Source of the DNA: the human T2T-CHM13v2.0 reference genome, Homo sapiens
Assembly: GCF_009914755.1 (NCBI RefSeq)
Contig: NC_060935.1
Strand: one strand, 5' to 3'
DNA length: 64,000 nt
The notes beneath the pieces were generated by a model. That model ran no database searches, was not told the origin of the DNA, and saw only the letters and a list, made by a program, of their open reading frames with translations. The translations under genes and the position numbers were made by a program. The stretch's first letter is position 1. Every line of letters starts with the position of its first letter. Shown piece by piece: positions 44,532 to 55,602 of this stretch.

Positions 44532-44895
44532 TGCTATACTTTGATGTTTGTCCCTTCCAAAATTCATGTTGAAATGTGGTTGCCATTGTGTTGGTGTTGG
44601 AAGGTGGGGCCTTCGGGAAGCAATTGAGCCATGAGAGCTCTACCCTTATAGGTGGATTAATGCCATTATAAAAAGTCCAGTTTGTTCCTCTCATGACTTT
44701 TTGCCTGTTCACCTTTCACCATATTAGGGATGCAGCAAGAAGGCTCTGACCAGAAGCTAATGCCCTGATCTTGGACTTACCAACCTCTAGAACGGTTTGA
44801 AAATAAATTTCTGTTTGTTTTTAAAATATAAATTACCTAATCTGTGGTATTCTTTGTACACAAAATGAACTTTTAACACAAAATGTACTAAGATA
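44532..44895 (+). mobile_element. MST (MSTC/D-like) solo LTR
   Basis: tgctatactttgatgtttgtcccttccaaaattcatgttgaaat...gcagcaagaaggc...tgatcttggactt...aataaatttctg...actaagata. Confidence 0.8.
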
Positions 44896-45353
44896 GGTGG
44901 GGTATGTACTAACGACAGAATATAGATCCTCTGGGAAGGAGAATGCATATACAAAGTGAATGCATACCTACTTACAGGCTATTCTTTAGAGACTTCTCCA
45001 AGTGCTCAAGAAAAGTATTGGCCACCGTAGTGAGAAAGCATGCTTTGTTGTATGGACAAAGAAGAGGCAAACAGTAGCCACTGAAGGATAAAATGTCCCA
45101 GAGCAACTAGAGAAAACACCCCAGCTCTCTCCTACAGAAGGAAAGGCTTAAGCCAGTGGGGAAGTCGAGGGGATAGGGAGCTGAAGCATTGTCCTTCCCT
45201 AAAGGCATTGGTGAAAACCCATGATAGCTGGAGAAAGAGAATGGAACAATAAAATAAAATACCTACACTCTTGAGAGAAGGGCAGTAATTCATGCTGGGT
45301 CCAGGTATACAGCAGGGAGTGGAACAGCCTTTGACAAAGCCTCACTGCCTGAC

Positions 45354-45868
45354 TGCCGGGTCCGACCCATAGACCCTGACAGAGTGACGGATGAAAAAAT
45401 GCACTCAGACACAGGTATCCAGTGAAAGAGTGGGCTAGGGGACTGAGCCGCTCACAGAAAGAGTTGAAGCAGCTGCAGCCCTGACAAGCTGGCACTGCGG
45501 GCATTTATTTAGTACAGATTTAATGACAAAGGCTTTGAGTCAACACACTTGCAGGTAATCAACATGGTTGCCACCGTCCCCCTCCCCCTGTGCCCCCCCA
45601 CCACCCCCAGCCCCCATTGAGCAGTCCTGCATGTGGATGATTACAGGCCAGGTTCCAAGGCCTAAGTAAACTAATGTGTCTAGATCAGTTTCTTTATACC
45701 CCCTTGTTATCTAACCTAAGCTTTCAGGCACCAGGTAAGAGAATCTGGCTGCCTTCAGCCAAATCCTTTTCCAAAGCTTTTGTAAAACCTCCTGGACTTC
45801 CAAGGAGGTTTGCTTCTTTCTATAATTTCCTCTTATAATTTTTCCCACCACCTGACTGAACTCCTATA
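45354..45868 (-). repeat. 3' LTR (LTR22 family)
   Basis: Direct repeat of 49753-50233; minus-strand TATAAA at 45693-45698 and AATAAA at 45504-45509; adjacent to the PPT. Confidence 0.9.
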
Positions 45869-45882
45869 CCTTCCCCTTTTCT
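45869..45882 (-). promoter_or_regulatory. Polypurine tract
   Basis: agaaaaggggaagg on the minus strand abuts the 3' LTR. Confidence 0.85.
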
Positions 45883-45884
45883 GT

Positions 45885-46430
45885 TTTTTATATCAGGTTT
45901 TGTTGATTGAAGAGTACAGATGTGTGCAGCAACAGGTCTCTCAGGCATGGTGGTCACTGCTTGTATTCTGGCTTTGATCCTAGAATTAGTAAATAACATA
46001 AGACAAACATGAGTATAATTAGCAACATTCTTTTCCAATCAAGCAGTGACCTGCAGTGTTACTTGGCATTTCAGTTTGATGAGTGCTGTTACTAAGGAAC
46101 CCCACTAGGGGTATGTTAATCCCTCTTAGCTAAGCAGTCGCATTTGTTAGAAGCTGGGAAGGGGGTGTTTGTCTAAGTAACAGGACAGAAGAAAGGCAGA
46201 TTTAGAAGATGGTCCCAATAGAGTGTAGCAGGTACTGGTTGCAGGTAGAATGAGAGAATTTAAAAGGATGAATAAAGCATAGCAAGGAGCAAATTATCTG
46301 GAGTGAATGGTGTCTGTGTCTGGAGTAGGATTTGCTCAGTCTTCTGACTTGTCTTTTTCAGCATCATGTCTGGGGCCTGTGTCACCTGAGGAAGCCGCAT
46401 TGCCTGGTGTTGTTGGTCCTGTAGGGTCAT
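45885..46430 (-). pseudogene. env: env remnant: leader and SU start joined to the TM membrane anchor
   Basis: Leader peptide QTQTPFTPDNLLLAML and hydrophobic WKRMLLIILMFVLCYLLILG just before the PPT; only about 0.55 kb remains. Confidence 0.7.
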
Positions 46431-48995
46431 TTTCTTTATTACTGGTACCGGGTTGGGTCCTAGCCATGCAATGGTATCGTTTGATGTGTCGTGCTGGAAT
46501 CCAAAGAGGACCTGAGGGAATGTGAACACAAGCATATCCTCTTCCCCATGTTAACAATTCATTTGGACCACACCATACATTACTGTTTACATGTTACCAT
46601 AAAACTGCAGGTTTTATGTCTTGAGAGGTTTTAGCAAAGTGCTTTTCTACAGCTGATTAAAATTTATCATCTAAATTTTAAAAATTAAGGTAAATAAGGC
46701 TTGTGCCAATAGTATTGCAAGATCCTTACTCATATTCCCCTTTTTTTTTTTTGTTTTCTGAGCATATTTTTAAGGATGGAATGGACACGTTCTACTATGG
46801 CCTGTCCTTGGGGGTTATACAGGATGCCTGTGGAATGTTGGATGTTCCACATGTGACCAAATTGTTGAAATTGTGAGCTGGCGTAAGCCGGACCATTGTC
46901 AGATTTAATTTTTGTGGGCTGCCCCATAAATGCAAAAGTTAAAAGAAGATGTTTAATGACATATTGGGTGAACTCTCCAGGAAAAGCATGAGAGCTAATT
47001 AAGTGAGAATTGGTATCAATGGATACATGTACATATTTAAGTTTTCCAAATTCAGGGACATGTGTAACATCTGTTTGCCATAACGGATTTGGTTCTAGTC
47101 CTCTAGGGTTAACACCTCTTGAAGGAGGGGACATGCTTGTGAGCTGGCAATCTGGGCATTGCAGGCTAATTTGTTTAGTCTCTGGGTAAGTTGAAATTGT
47201 TAGGTAAGTTTCTCCAGTTTTGGTGGAAAAATTGATGTGACTGGGTGGCTTGACCAAGCACTGATGTCATAACTTGTAGGTTTGCTTGATCATCGACATA
47301 AACCAATGGGCCAGGCAGTGAGATGTGGGCCCAAATGTGTGTAATAAAAATAGGATGTGTACGTTGATCTAGCAATTGCTGAAATCAAAGAAAAAGTACA
47401 CGCAGGGTGGGCTCCAGAGTGGAGTTAATGAGGGCTGTCTCTGGGTTCTGCAATAAATAAACAGAGTAAGCAGAGTCACTAACAATATTGATGAGCTGAG
47501 TGGAAATAGTTTTCCAAGGCCAATATTAAGGCTCCCACCTCAGCTCTCTGAGTTCTAATAAATCCAGAACGAGTGAGGGAATTATGCAATCTCCACCAAA
47601 CAGCTGCTTTTCCATTTTTACCAGAGTCATCAGTAAACAGTGTTAAAACATTAGGTATGGGGGATTGGACTATTTTTGTAGGCAAAACCACAGAGGTACG
47701 AGGTAAAAACTGAAGAAGTTTTTTAGCAGGAATGGCATGCTCTATATGGCCTGTATAATCAGAGAGTGCTATTTGCAGGTCCATAGATAAGGGCAACACT
47801 GTTTCGAATTGCTTTTTAGATAAAGGAATTCTGATGATATCAGGGTCATAACTTAGTAATAGATTGCATTGTCTGCGGCCTGAATGGATGACTTTACTAA
47901 CTAACTGGATATAGGGAAAGAGTGTTTTAGTCCCAGTATGTGAGCAAAAAACCCATTCTAGAAAGCATAGCTCTGGGCCATCTGTCCTATTAACCCTGTA
48001 GGGGAGTGTTTAGTGGGAAAAACAAATAATTGAATTGAATACCATGGATCTATCTGATCCAGTTGCCTCTGAGAAATAGCTTGCTCTACTTCCTCAATTT
48101 CCCTTTGTGCTGCAGGAGTTAAATACCCGGGACAGTCTAGGGCAGCATTGCCTTTTAAGATAGAAAACAGGTTCTATAACTTATCAGTAGTTATGCCTAA
48201 GGTGGGGCAAAGCCAGTTAATATGGCCTAGTGATTTTTGATAATCATTTAAGGTGTGTAAGTTGCTAGTATTTAATTTAACCTTTTGAAGGTCTTACTGA
48301 CTGGGAAGTTAGTATGTACCCAAGATATTTCCAAGAAGACATCTGTACTTTTTCAGGTGCTATGATTAAGCCTCTTAACTGTGTATTCTTTACGACAGAG
48401 GCATATAACTTTAAAAGTACTGGCTTCGTTGGGACTGCTACTTAAATATCATCCATAAAATGAATCATCTTGAAATTAGGAAATTCTTTTCTACTGGGGA
48501 GCAAAGCCTGATTTACGTGATACTGACACATGGTAGGACTGTTCAGCATTCCTTGAAGAAGCACTTTCCAATGAAATTGGCAAGTTGGCTTTTCATTATT
48601 GATGGCTGGTATTGTAAATGCAAATTTTTCTCTGTCCTGTTTGCAAGGGAATAGTATAAAAGCAGTCTTTTAAGTCAATAATGATTATAGGCCAATCTTG
48701 ATGAATCACCATGGGGGAGGGGAGCCCCTGCTGAAGGGGACTCATAGGTTGCAAATTAGCAATGATAGCACATAAGTCATGCAAAAGTCTCCATTTACCA
48801 GACTTTTTAGGAATGATGAAAATGGGCGAATTCCAAGGGCTGTTGGATGGTTCTATATGGCCAGCTTTTAATTGCTCCTCAACTGTCTCATGGGCTCTTC
48901 GTAATTTCTCTCCCTTTAAAGGTCACCATTCTACCTAAATAAGGTTTTGAGAGAGCCATGTCAAGGGTAGTGGAGGAGTAACAGTGGCTACTATT
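46340..48995 (-). pseudogene. pol: pol (RT, RNase H, integrase), disrupted
   Basis: [40 protein letters not shown] at 48448-48459; RNase H LFTDDS...QRAEV; IN CPDC, WQTDVTH, SDNGPAY, QGQAIVER, WGRGYACV; multiple frameshifts and stops. Confidence 0.92.
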
Positions 48996-49017
48996 AGAAA
49001 GAGGTCTGTAGATTGAC

Positions 49018-49600
49018 CTCAATTAACTCTTTTATAATTGGGCTAGAGGCTCTGTTTTCTCTAATGCCCTTTTTTATCTGTTTGTCTTGTTGATCTTGCA
49101 TTGCCTGGCAGGCTAAGAGCTCCCCTTCTAATGCTGCTTGCCTAAGACAGGGTCCCATCGCTGTAGCGTATCCCTTGTCTTTTTTCCAATTTATTGGAAG
49201 AGGGGGCTCAGGCAAAACCTCCATTTCCTCTTTGTTATTTTTGTCCAGAAACAGCAAGGCTGAGGGAGATGGAGGCAGTAAGGTAGTTGACAGTTCCTCC
49301 TCCCTTCCCTTTTTAGGCTCTTCTGTGTAGTGTGGGACCAGAGCCACCCTACCTAAAGCCCATAATGTTAGAGATGTTACTGTGACCCATTGCCCTTGCA
49401 TATGATGTAAGTTTTCTCCCCACTTTTTCCCAGATCTCTACGTCTAGTGTACCTTCTTCTGGGAACCATGGGTTATGGAAAACAACAGTTTTCATTAGGT
49501 CCCTTAATTGAGCCTGTGAAACCAAAGCTCCTCTAGCTTTAAGCAGCTGTTTCAATACTTTTATATACTGTTGCTGTTGAGCTGATAACTGTTGTCCCAT
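49018..49600 (-). pseudogene. gag: gag 5' part (MA and start of CA), frameshifted and truncated
   Basis: MGQQLSAQQQQYIKVLKQLLK...NPWFPEEGTLD is a betaretroviral matrix domain; sequence jumps to the pro/pol junction near 49018. Confidence 0.88.
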
Positions 49601-49732
49601 GATGAAACCCTAGCCTGAACACTTCCCTCAAACTTGGAAATCCCGAGCAGGCACCAATGACTTACTGACTTACTGACTGCACAGTCTCTTCACCTTTAGT
49701 TCCAAAGGTTTCATCACGATCTGTTGTAGCAT

Positions 49733-49750
49733 TCCTCATGTGGGGCACCA
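49733..49750 (-). promoter_or_regulatory. Primer binding site, tRNA-Met type
   Basis: TGGTGCCCCACATGAGGA, 2 nt from the 5' LTR; 15/18 match to the recalled complement of the elongator tRNA-Met 3' end (TGGTGCCCCGTGTGAGGA). Confidence 0.8.
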
Positions 49751-49752
49751 CC

Positions 49753-50233
49753 AGCTGGGTCTGACCCACAGACCCTGACAGAGCGATGGATGAAAAAATG
49801 CATTCAGACACAGGTATCCAGTGAAAGAGTGGGCTAAGAGACTGGGCCACTCACAGAAAGAGTTGAAGCAGCCACAGCCCTGACAAGCTGGCACTGTGGG
49901 CATTTATTTAGTACAGATTTAATGACAAAGGCTTTGAGTCAACACACTTGTGGGTAATTGACATGGTCACCCCAACCAGAGAGAGCAGTCCTGCATGCGG
50001 ATGATTAAAGGCCAGGTTCCGAGGTCTAAGTAAACGAACATATCTAGATTAGCTTCTTTACGTCCCCTTGTTATCTAACCTAAGCTATCAGGCACCAGAT
50101 AAGATAATCTGACTGCCTTCAGCCAAATCCTTTTCAGAAGCTTTTGCAAAACCTCCTGGCCTTTCAAGGAGGTTTGCTTCTTTCTATAATTTCCTCTTAT
50201 AATTTCTCCCACCACCCTGACCAAACTCCTACA
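49753..50233 (-). repeat. 5' LTR (LTR22 family)
   Basis: Starts tgtaggagtttggtcagggtggtggg on the minus strand; direct repeat of 45354-45868. Confidence 0.9.
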
Positions 50234-51382
50234 TCTGACCCTCAGGATGAGGTACCTGCCTAATACTTAGACTTAATCAGAAGAGAGAAAGTCCCTGTCC
50301 AACATCCACCCCTCTCTACCCCGAAGTCAATGAGCACTGAGGAAGCAGAGACAGCTTGAATACCTGGAAGCAGGGCAAGAACATGGAGAAAGGCCCTCTA
50401 TGGAACAGCACAAAGAAAAGATCTAAAGCTGAAAATGGAGCAGACATGGGGGGCAAATAAAAACAAAACAAAACAAAAATGTCTCTAACTAACCACTCTA
50501 AGCACTGAGTGCCACTATAGAAAATTAGAACCTGTAGAGCTCTGTCATAACCAAACCCAGCTCAACTCTGAATAGATGGACTTATCTCCTCCCACTTCCT
50601 CCACCTGGAAGGCTTAGCTGGAGGTCACCACAGGAGGTTTAAGTTAAGGTTTTTCTGGTAATCAGAAAGTTTATAGAAGTAAAGTCTTTTACACTTGACT
50701 TTTTAGTATAAGGACTTGATAGTTGAGCTGTGGGGAAATTGCCATTTTTGATAATAAACAAAGCAGGTAATATATTTTTGTTAATGAATATTTAATTTTG
50801 ATGGAAAATTTTGATTAAGAAGCAGGGGTTATGAATATTAGTGCCAAATTTTTCCTGTTAATACATATTTTCCTCAGTAATCTTCAAATCATTATCGTAT
50901 TAAATGATGAGTGTCGGTATGTTGATTATTTTGAAAGTTAATATATGAAGGTAAAAAAGAAGTTACAGTGACACAGGGAAGATTTATACATGCAGATCAC
51001 AGGCAGTTTCTTGGATCATGATGCTTCCAATAGAACTTACCTATGTGTTAGCTTGACTAATGTTTTGGATACACAAATAATCCTCTCAGGATTTGCTGAA
51101 ATAGATCCTTTCTTATACACAGTATTTGCAGTCACAAAGAATCATATGTAGCAGCCAGCTTACAGCCAGGGGAATTGGGTAGACTATAAGGAATAAGTGT
51201 AAAATAGAAATTTTAAAAAAACTTCTTTTTTAGTTTAGACTGGCTACCAGAATATAGTTCATTCTCTTCAATCTATTTTATAATAATTTTATTGTCATAA
51301 AATTAATATTTAACAAGTCTTTCCTTGTGACCTATTTCCTGTCTTGAGAAACGCATAGATCAGTGAAGGAAACATACATACA

Positions 51383-51418
51383 CATCACCATCATCATTAT
51401 CATCATCATCATCATCAT
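51383..51418 (+). repeat. (CAT)n imperfect microsatellite
   Basis: catcaccatcatcattatcatcatcatcatcatcat. Confidence 0.85.
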
Positions 51419-52458
51419 TGTCGTTGTTGTAGTTATCATTGTCATCTTAATGTCATGTGGTAAAAGCACTGAGGGAGAAATGCCCAGGGTATGTTGAAAA
51501 CATAAAAATTGAAAGAATTAATCTAGCCCTGGGTTGAGGTAAAATAGGAGGAGGTTAAGTTGTCTGAGAAGACTTCGTGAATACCTAATGTGAGTTAAAC
51601 TGAAAAATACATACTCGGTAAAAAAAAAAAAAGAATGAAAAAGTGTATACTCAATTCTCATTCTTCTCAAGTTGATCCAATACAAAGGGAGAGACAGATT
51701 TGATATCTCTTTGATTTCTCCTGATGTTTCATAAGAAAAAAAATAATGCCCTCGTTCCTCACTGTCATTCACAAACATAGATTGCAGCCTGGGATAGACA
51801 ACTGCACTGTTCTTGGGTTTTAAAAGGTAATTTTGAATAGAATACAATGCATCAAATTGTTTCACACTTAGTAAGGGCAAATAGTATATACTGTGAAACT
51901 TTTTATTCAGTTAAGTATATGTGTGTATTCTGGGTCCAGATATAAATGCATTTCTTACTAGCTTTTGGTTTATAAAAGTTTAAAAGCAAGTATCCTGGCT
52001 TACCTGTTTTAGCTTTTAGACATTAAGCATTAGAACAAACATTTTTGCTACTAGAGGCTATTCTTTGATTCAGCCATTTTCCCCTTGGTAACAAAATTGG
52101 AAGATCAGAGATGAATGGATTTGGAGCCAGCTGACTGTAAGGTCTAATTTGCTCTTAGGTTAATTAGGCTTACCATTTTTTTTTTAAATCCCCTGATTCC
52201 AATGAAGCTTACTAGAATTCATCAGCTCTTCAAGAGCAATCTCTTGCCTCTTTTGCCATTTCTGCCTTTGTGTACACTTGTTTGGCTACCTCCCAGGTGG
52301 AAGAGTAACTAAAATATGGCAAATACCTGGTGTCTGTACATCTTCATCTTGTAATCACCAAATGGGTCAAACTAAGGTCATCAAGGAGACAATATTTTAT
52401 GTTCTCTGGTTAAGGAATTTCATAGAACTTTTTCTATACATAGGATCATGTTCACACA

Positions 52459-52484
52459 CATATACATATACATATACATATACA
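52459..52484 (+). repeat. (CATATA)n microsatellite
   Basis: Four CATATA units. Confidence 0.85.
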
Positions 52485-52589
52485 ATGTATTCTCTTCCCT
52501 CCAAATAAAATATTATTTAATATCCCTACCAGAGGAAACAAAAGCACAATAAGTCAATTAATTGTCACTACAAACAAAAAATAATAATG

Positions 52590-52720
52590 TTAATAGTTAT
52601 TGTTTATTGGCTACAGCACATATGCTATTCCTATGCTTACTGTAGCCCTGCAATAATGTAATTATTAGTCCTGTTGGAAAGATGAGGAAACCCAGGTTCA
52701 AGAAATTTCAGTAACCATAC
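52590..52720 (-). mobile_element. MIR fragment
   Basis: attattagtcctgttggaaagatgaggaaacccaggttca. Confidence 0.55.
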
Positions 52721-53717
52721 TGATTCAAACATTCATTATCAGTTGCTAAAAGGATTTTAAGTTAGATTTAGCTCACCACAAATGGCATTTTATCTGTCTG
52801 TTAATACTCCTACTTTTAATATCAATTTTTCATTTAAGATGGGTGTTAATATCTATGCACATTAATAAATAAAGATGTTCATGGGGTGATATAAATTATT
52901 ATATTTTTACCACTTTTAGTTTATAGATTAAGGGAGAACAAATAAGTCTAGTCTTCTTTATGTTTGTAGTTAATCAAGAAAAATGCAAAAAACTTGTTTA
53001 AAGACTCAAGGAGCTGTAAGATACCTATAACACCGGTTGTTTTGATATGAATTTTAATTTGTGACTCTCATATTTTATTTATCATTACTAAGATTTGCTC
53101 CCACCATTTTAAGAATTCCACTGCTTGATTTAGAATTTGTATTTGGGATAACAGCTCCAACAGGCAATCATACCAGTTAACATAGACATGGAAATTAAGT
53201 TATATTCCTGTAACTGCAATTGAGATCAGAGAGACCTGATTTTCATACTATCATTATTTTTTTCCTAATCAGTTTCTTCACTGAATGACTGTTTATAAAG
53301 ATTATTATATTTATAGAAGGGGTATAGTATATGAAAAACAAATTTAAGCACAAATGTTAGCAAATCTATACATTCTAGGAATTTTGATTTGCTTCTTCAA
53401 ATCTAACTACGAATATTTACTCTTGTAAGAGTAAATACTTGTAAGAGTAAAAACTTGTAAGTTTTTATTTTACTGAACAACTGTGTGAGCACATAAACTT
53501 CGTATTTAGGGCTCTTTAGTTCATCATGCTCAGAAATTCTGAGAGGTTCATCAGTGAATTTTATTAGAATCTGCTAAACCAGCTGTCTAGCTAAACTGAA
53601 TTAGAATCTAAGACTCCCAGTTATTTACTAATATCTTTGTCTTCACCACAAAGTTAAAATCAACTCTCTCACTTCTCCATCTCTATTCTATGGCAGTCAC
53701 TGAAACTTACACTTATA

Positions 53718-53885
53718 GCAGTGGTTCTTTTATTTTAGTTCATAAGAATCACACTAAAATTACAGATTCCTTATATACAGGGATTCTAGCTTAGGAAGTC
53801 TGATATGAGTCATAAATATGTGTTTTGAAAATTTTCCATATCCTTTGAGATAAAAGATCATGGATTCCTTTTTGAGAAACAGTAA
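53718..53885. mobile_element. MER5-like hAT MITE relic
   Basis: Termini gcagtggttct...tttgagaaacagt with internal cataagaatcac. Confidence 0.5.
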
Positions 53886-55270
53886 TACCTAATCCCTTGT
53901 CCCCAAAGAGCACAGTGCAGACCACTGCAGCCAGCCTTGAGACCTAGTTCAAAGTTCAGGCCAGGTCTCCTTGCCGATATTTTGTGGACCCAGCATAGTC
54001 ACGGATCTCACCATTCTTTACTGACTCCTGGTTGTGCCACTGGGCACAAAATAGATTAAGTTAAAATGAGTGTTTCTCCAATGTGTTCTGCTTTCCAAAA
54101 ATCAGTTAAAAATAATACAATCTGACAATAATACAACTTTGTCACTTTCTATTGTCATAATTGCTTTTTGCTTAACATTTATTGAAACAAGACGTGGAGC
54201 AGGACAAGAAAATCCCCCTCTGTACCTGTCTGGGACCTCTCCCAAATCCCCTTATTTATAGTTCTTTAGGCGTTGAAGAAAAGATTACTTACACCCTTGT
54301 TTTTCGGCAATATAAGACAGTTTCACAAATCATGAAAACTATTTATGTCCTTCTGTTCCTGTAGGTAAGCGCTTGCCCTGTCTATCTGACTGAAGGTGAC
54401 AGCAAATATTTTTTAAATAAACGAAAACAGCTTTTGGGCAATTTCAAATATTTCTATGTAATTTTAAAGCAAAACAATTCTGTATAATTGTGCGCTTTCT
54501 CACACACACTTAAAATTATACTCACCAAAGGTCTAAATATTTATGGCAATAGTCTAACTACATTGATATCACTGGAAATCATTGTTAGGACTCAAAATAG
54601 GAAGACATACAATGAAAAAGGCCCTAGGAGTTGTGTCCTGTCTTTTCAATATCTTTCAATTAAGCTAGTTCGTTCGTTTCTGATCCTCAGTTTCTTCAAA
54701 TTTAAAGTGGGTGTTGCCGGAAGTGGCAAACTGCTGTTAATGAAAAATATTGTATTTATTCCTACTTTCTAACAATAATGATACAATTAAGATCAGTGAG
54801 AAAAATAAATCTTTATTTAGTTCAATACAACTTACAAATAGAGAGGGGGAGAGAAATTAAAGAGAACAAAATTCCAAAGCCTTTGTCATATCTTCTCTAT
54901 GATGGACACTTAGACCCAGAGTAGATGGGTATTTGTTTGTCTGAGCATATTAATTAATCACTAGATATCTAAAGAGTAGTTGGAAACAGATGCTTGGATT
55001 TTCTTTGTAAGAAGAACAAGAAATTGAGTTCCCAAACTTATATCTTGAGGAAGAGATAAGTGAGAGAGTAAAAGGTGAAAAGGAGAAAATGAAAGAACGA
55101 CCCAAAATCATTGAAAGAGGAAATTCACAGTGAAGGAAGCAGGGATGGTCAAAGAACTTTAAAATAAAAAACAGAACATCCAATATTTGACTTTAAGTTG
55201 ATGCTGTGTAATGTTGTTTTATTGCTATTGCCTTCAAAGTTTCAGTAAGTCAGCCAAATACAGCAAACCT

Positions 55271-55602
55271 TGTCTCTTAGTCTGTTTTGTGCTACTAAAA
55301 CAAAATATCTGAGACTGGGTCACTAATAAAAACCAAAAATTTATTTCTCAATTTATTTAACAATTCTAGAGGCTGTTAAATTCAAGATCAAGGCACCAGC
55401 TTCTGGTCTTGTGAGGGCCTTCTTGTGGCATCATCACTTGACAAGTGGCAGAAGGGCAAGCTAAATGAATGTTGTCTAAAGCTTCAATTATAAGAGTCTT
55501 GATCCCATTAACAAGGGAAAACCCCTTATGGTCTAATCATCTCTTAATACTGCAATGTGGGCAAAACCTAAATTTTGGAGAGGATGCATTCAAACCATAA
55601 CA
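55271..55602 (-). mobile_element. MST-type solo LTR
   Basis: ttagtctgttttgtgct...tgagactgggt...caagatcaaggcaccagc...cattcaaaccataaca; TSD aacct 55266-55270 / agcct 55603-55607. Confidence 0.8.

Larger units (their letters stand above)
45354..50233 (-). mobile_element. HERV-K(HML-5)/HERVK22 provirus, internally deleted (4.9 kb)
   Basis: Two direct LTRs, PBS, PPT and betaretroviral gag/pol/env remnants; 6-bp TSD cctgac 45348-45353 / tctgac 50234-50239; Gag starts MGQQLSAQQ; PBS matches tRNA-Met as known for HML-5. Confidence 0.9.
44300..50620 (+). mobile_element. Probable old L1M 5'-region relic hosting the MST LTR and the HML-5 provirus
   Basis: Purine-rich L1M 5'-like sequence on both sides of the provirus, rejoined across the c/tctgac TSD; family assignment is from resemblance only. 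Confidence 0.35.

Noticed and set aside
51518-51880. 120-aa ORF in non-repeat DNA
   Set aside because: Non-ATG start, AT-rich composition with a poly-T-derived FFFF run, no recognisable domain or splice structure.
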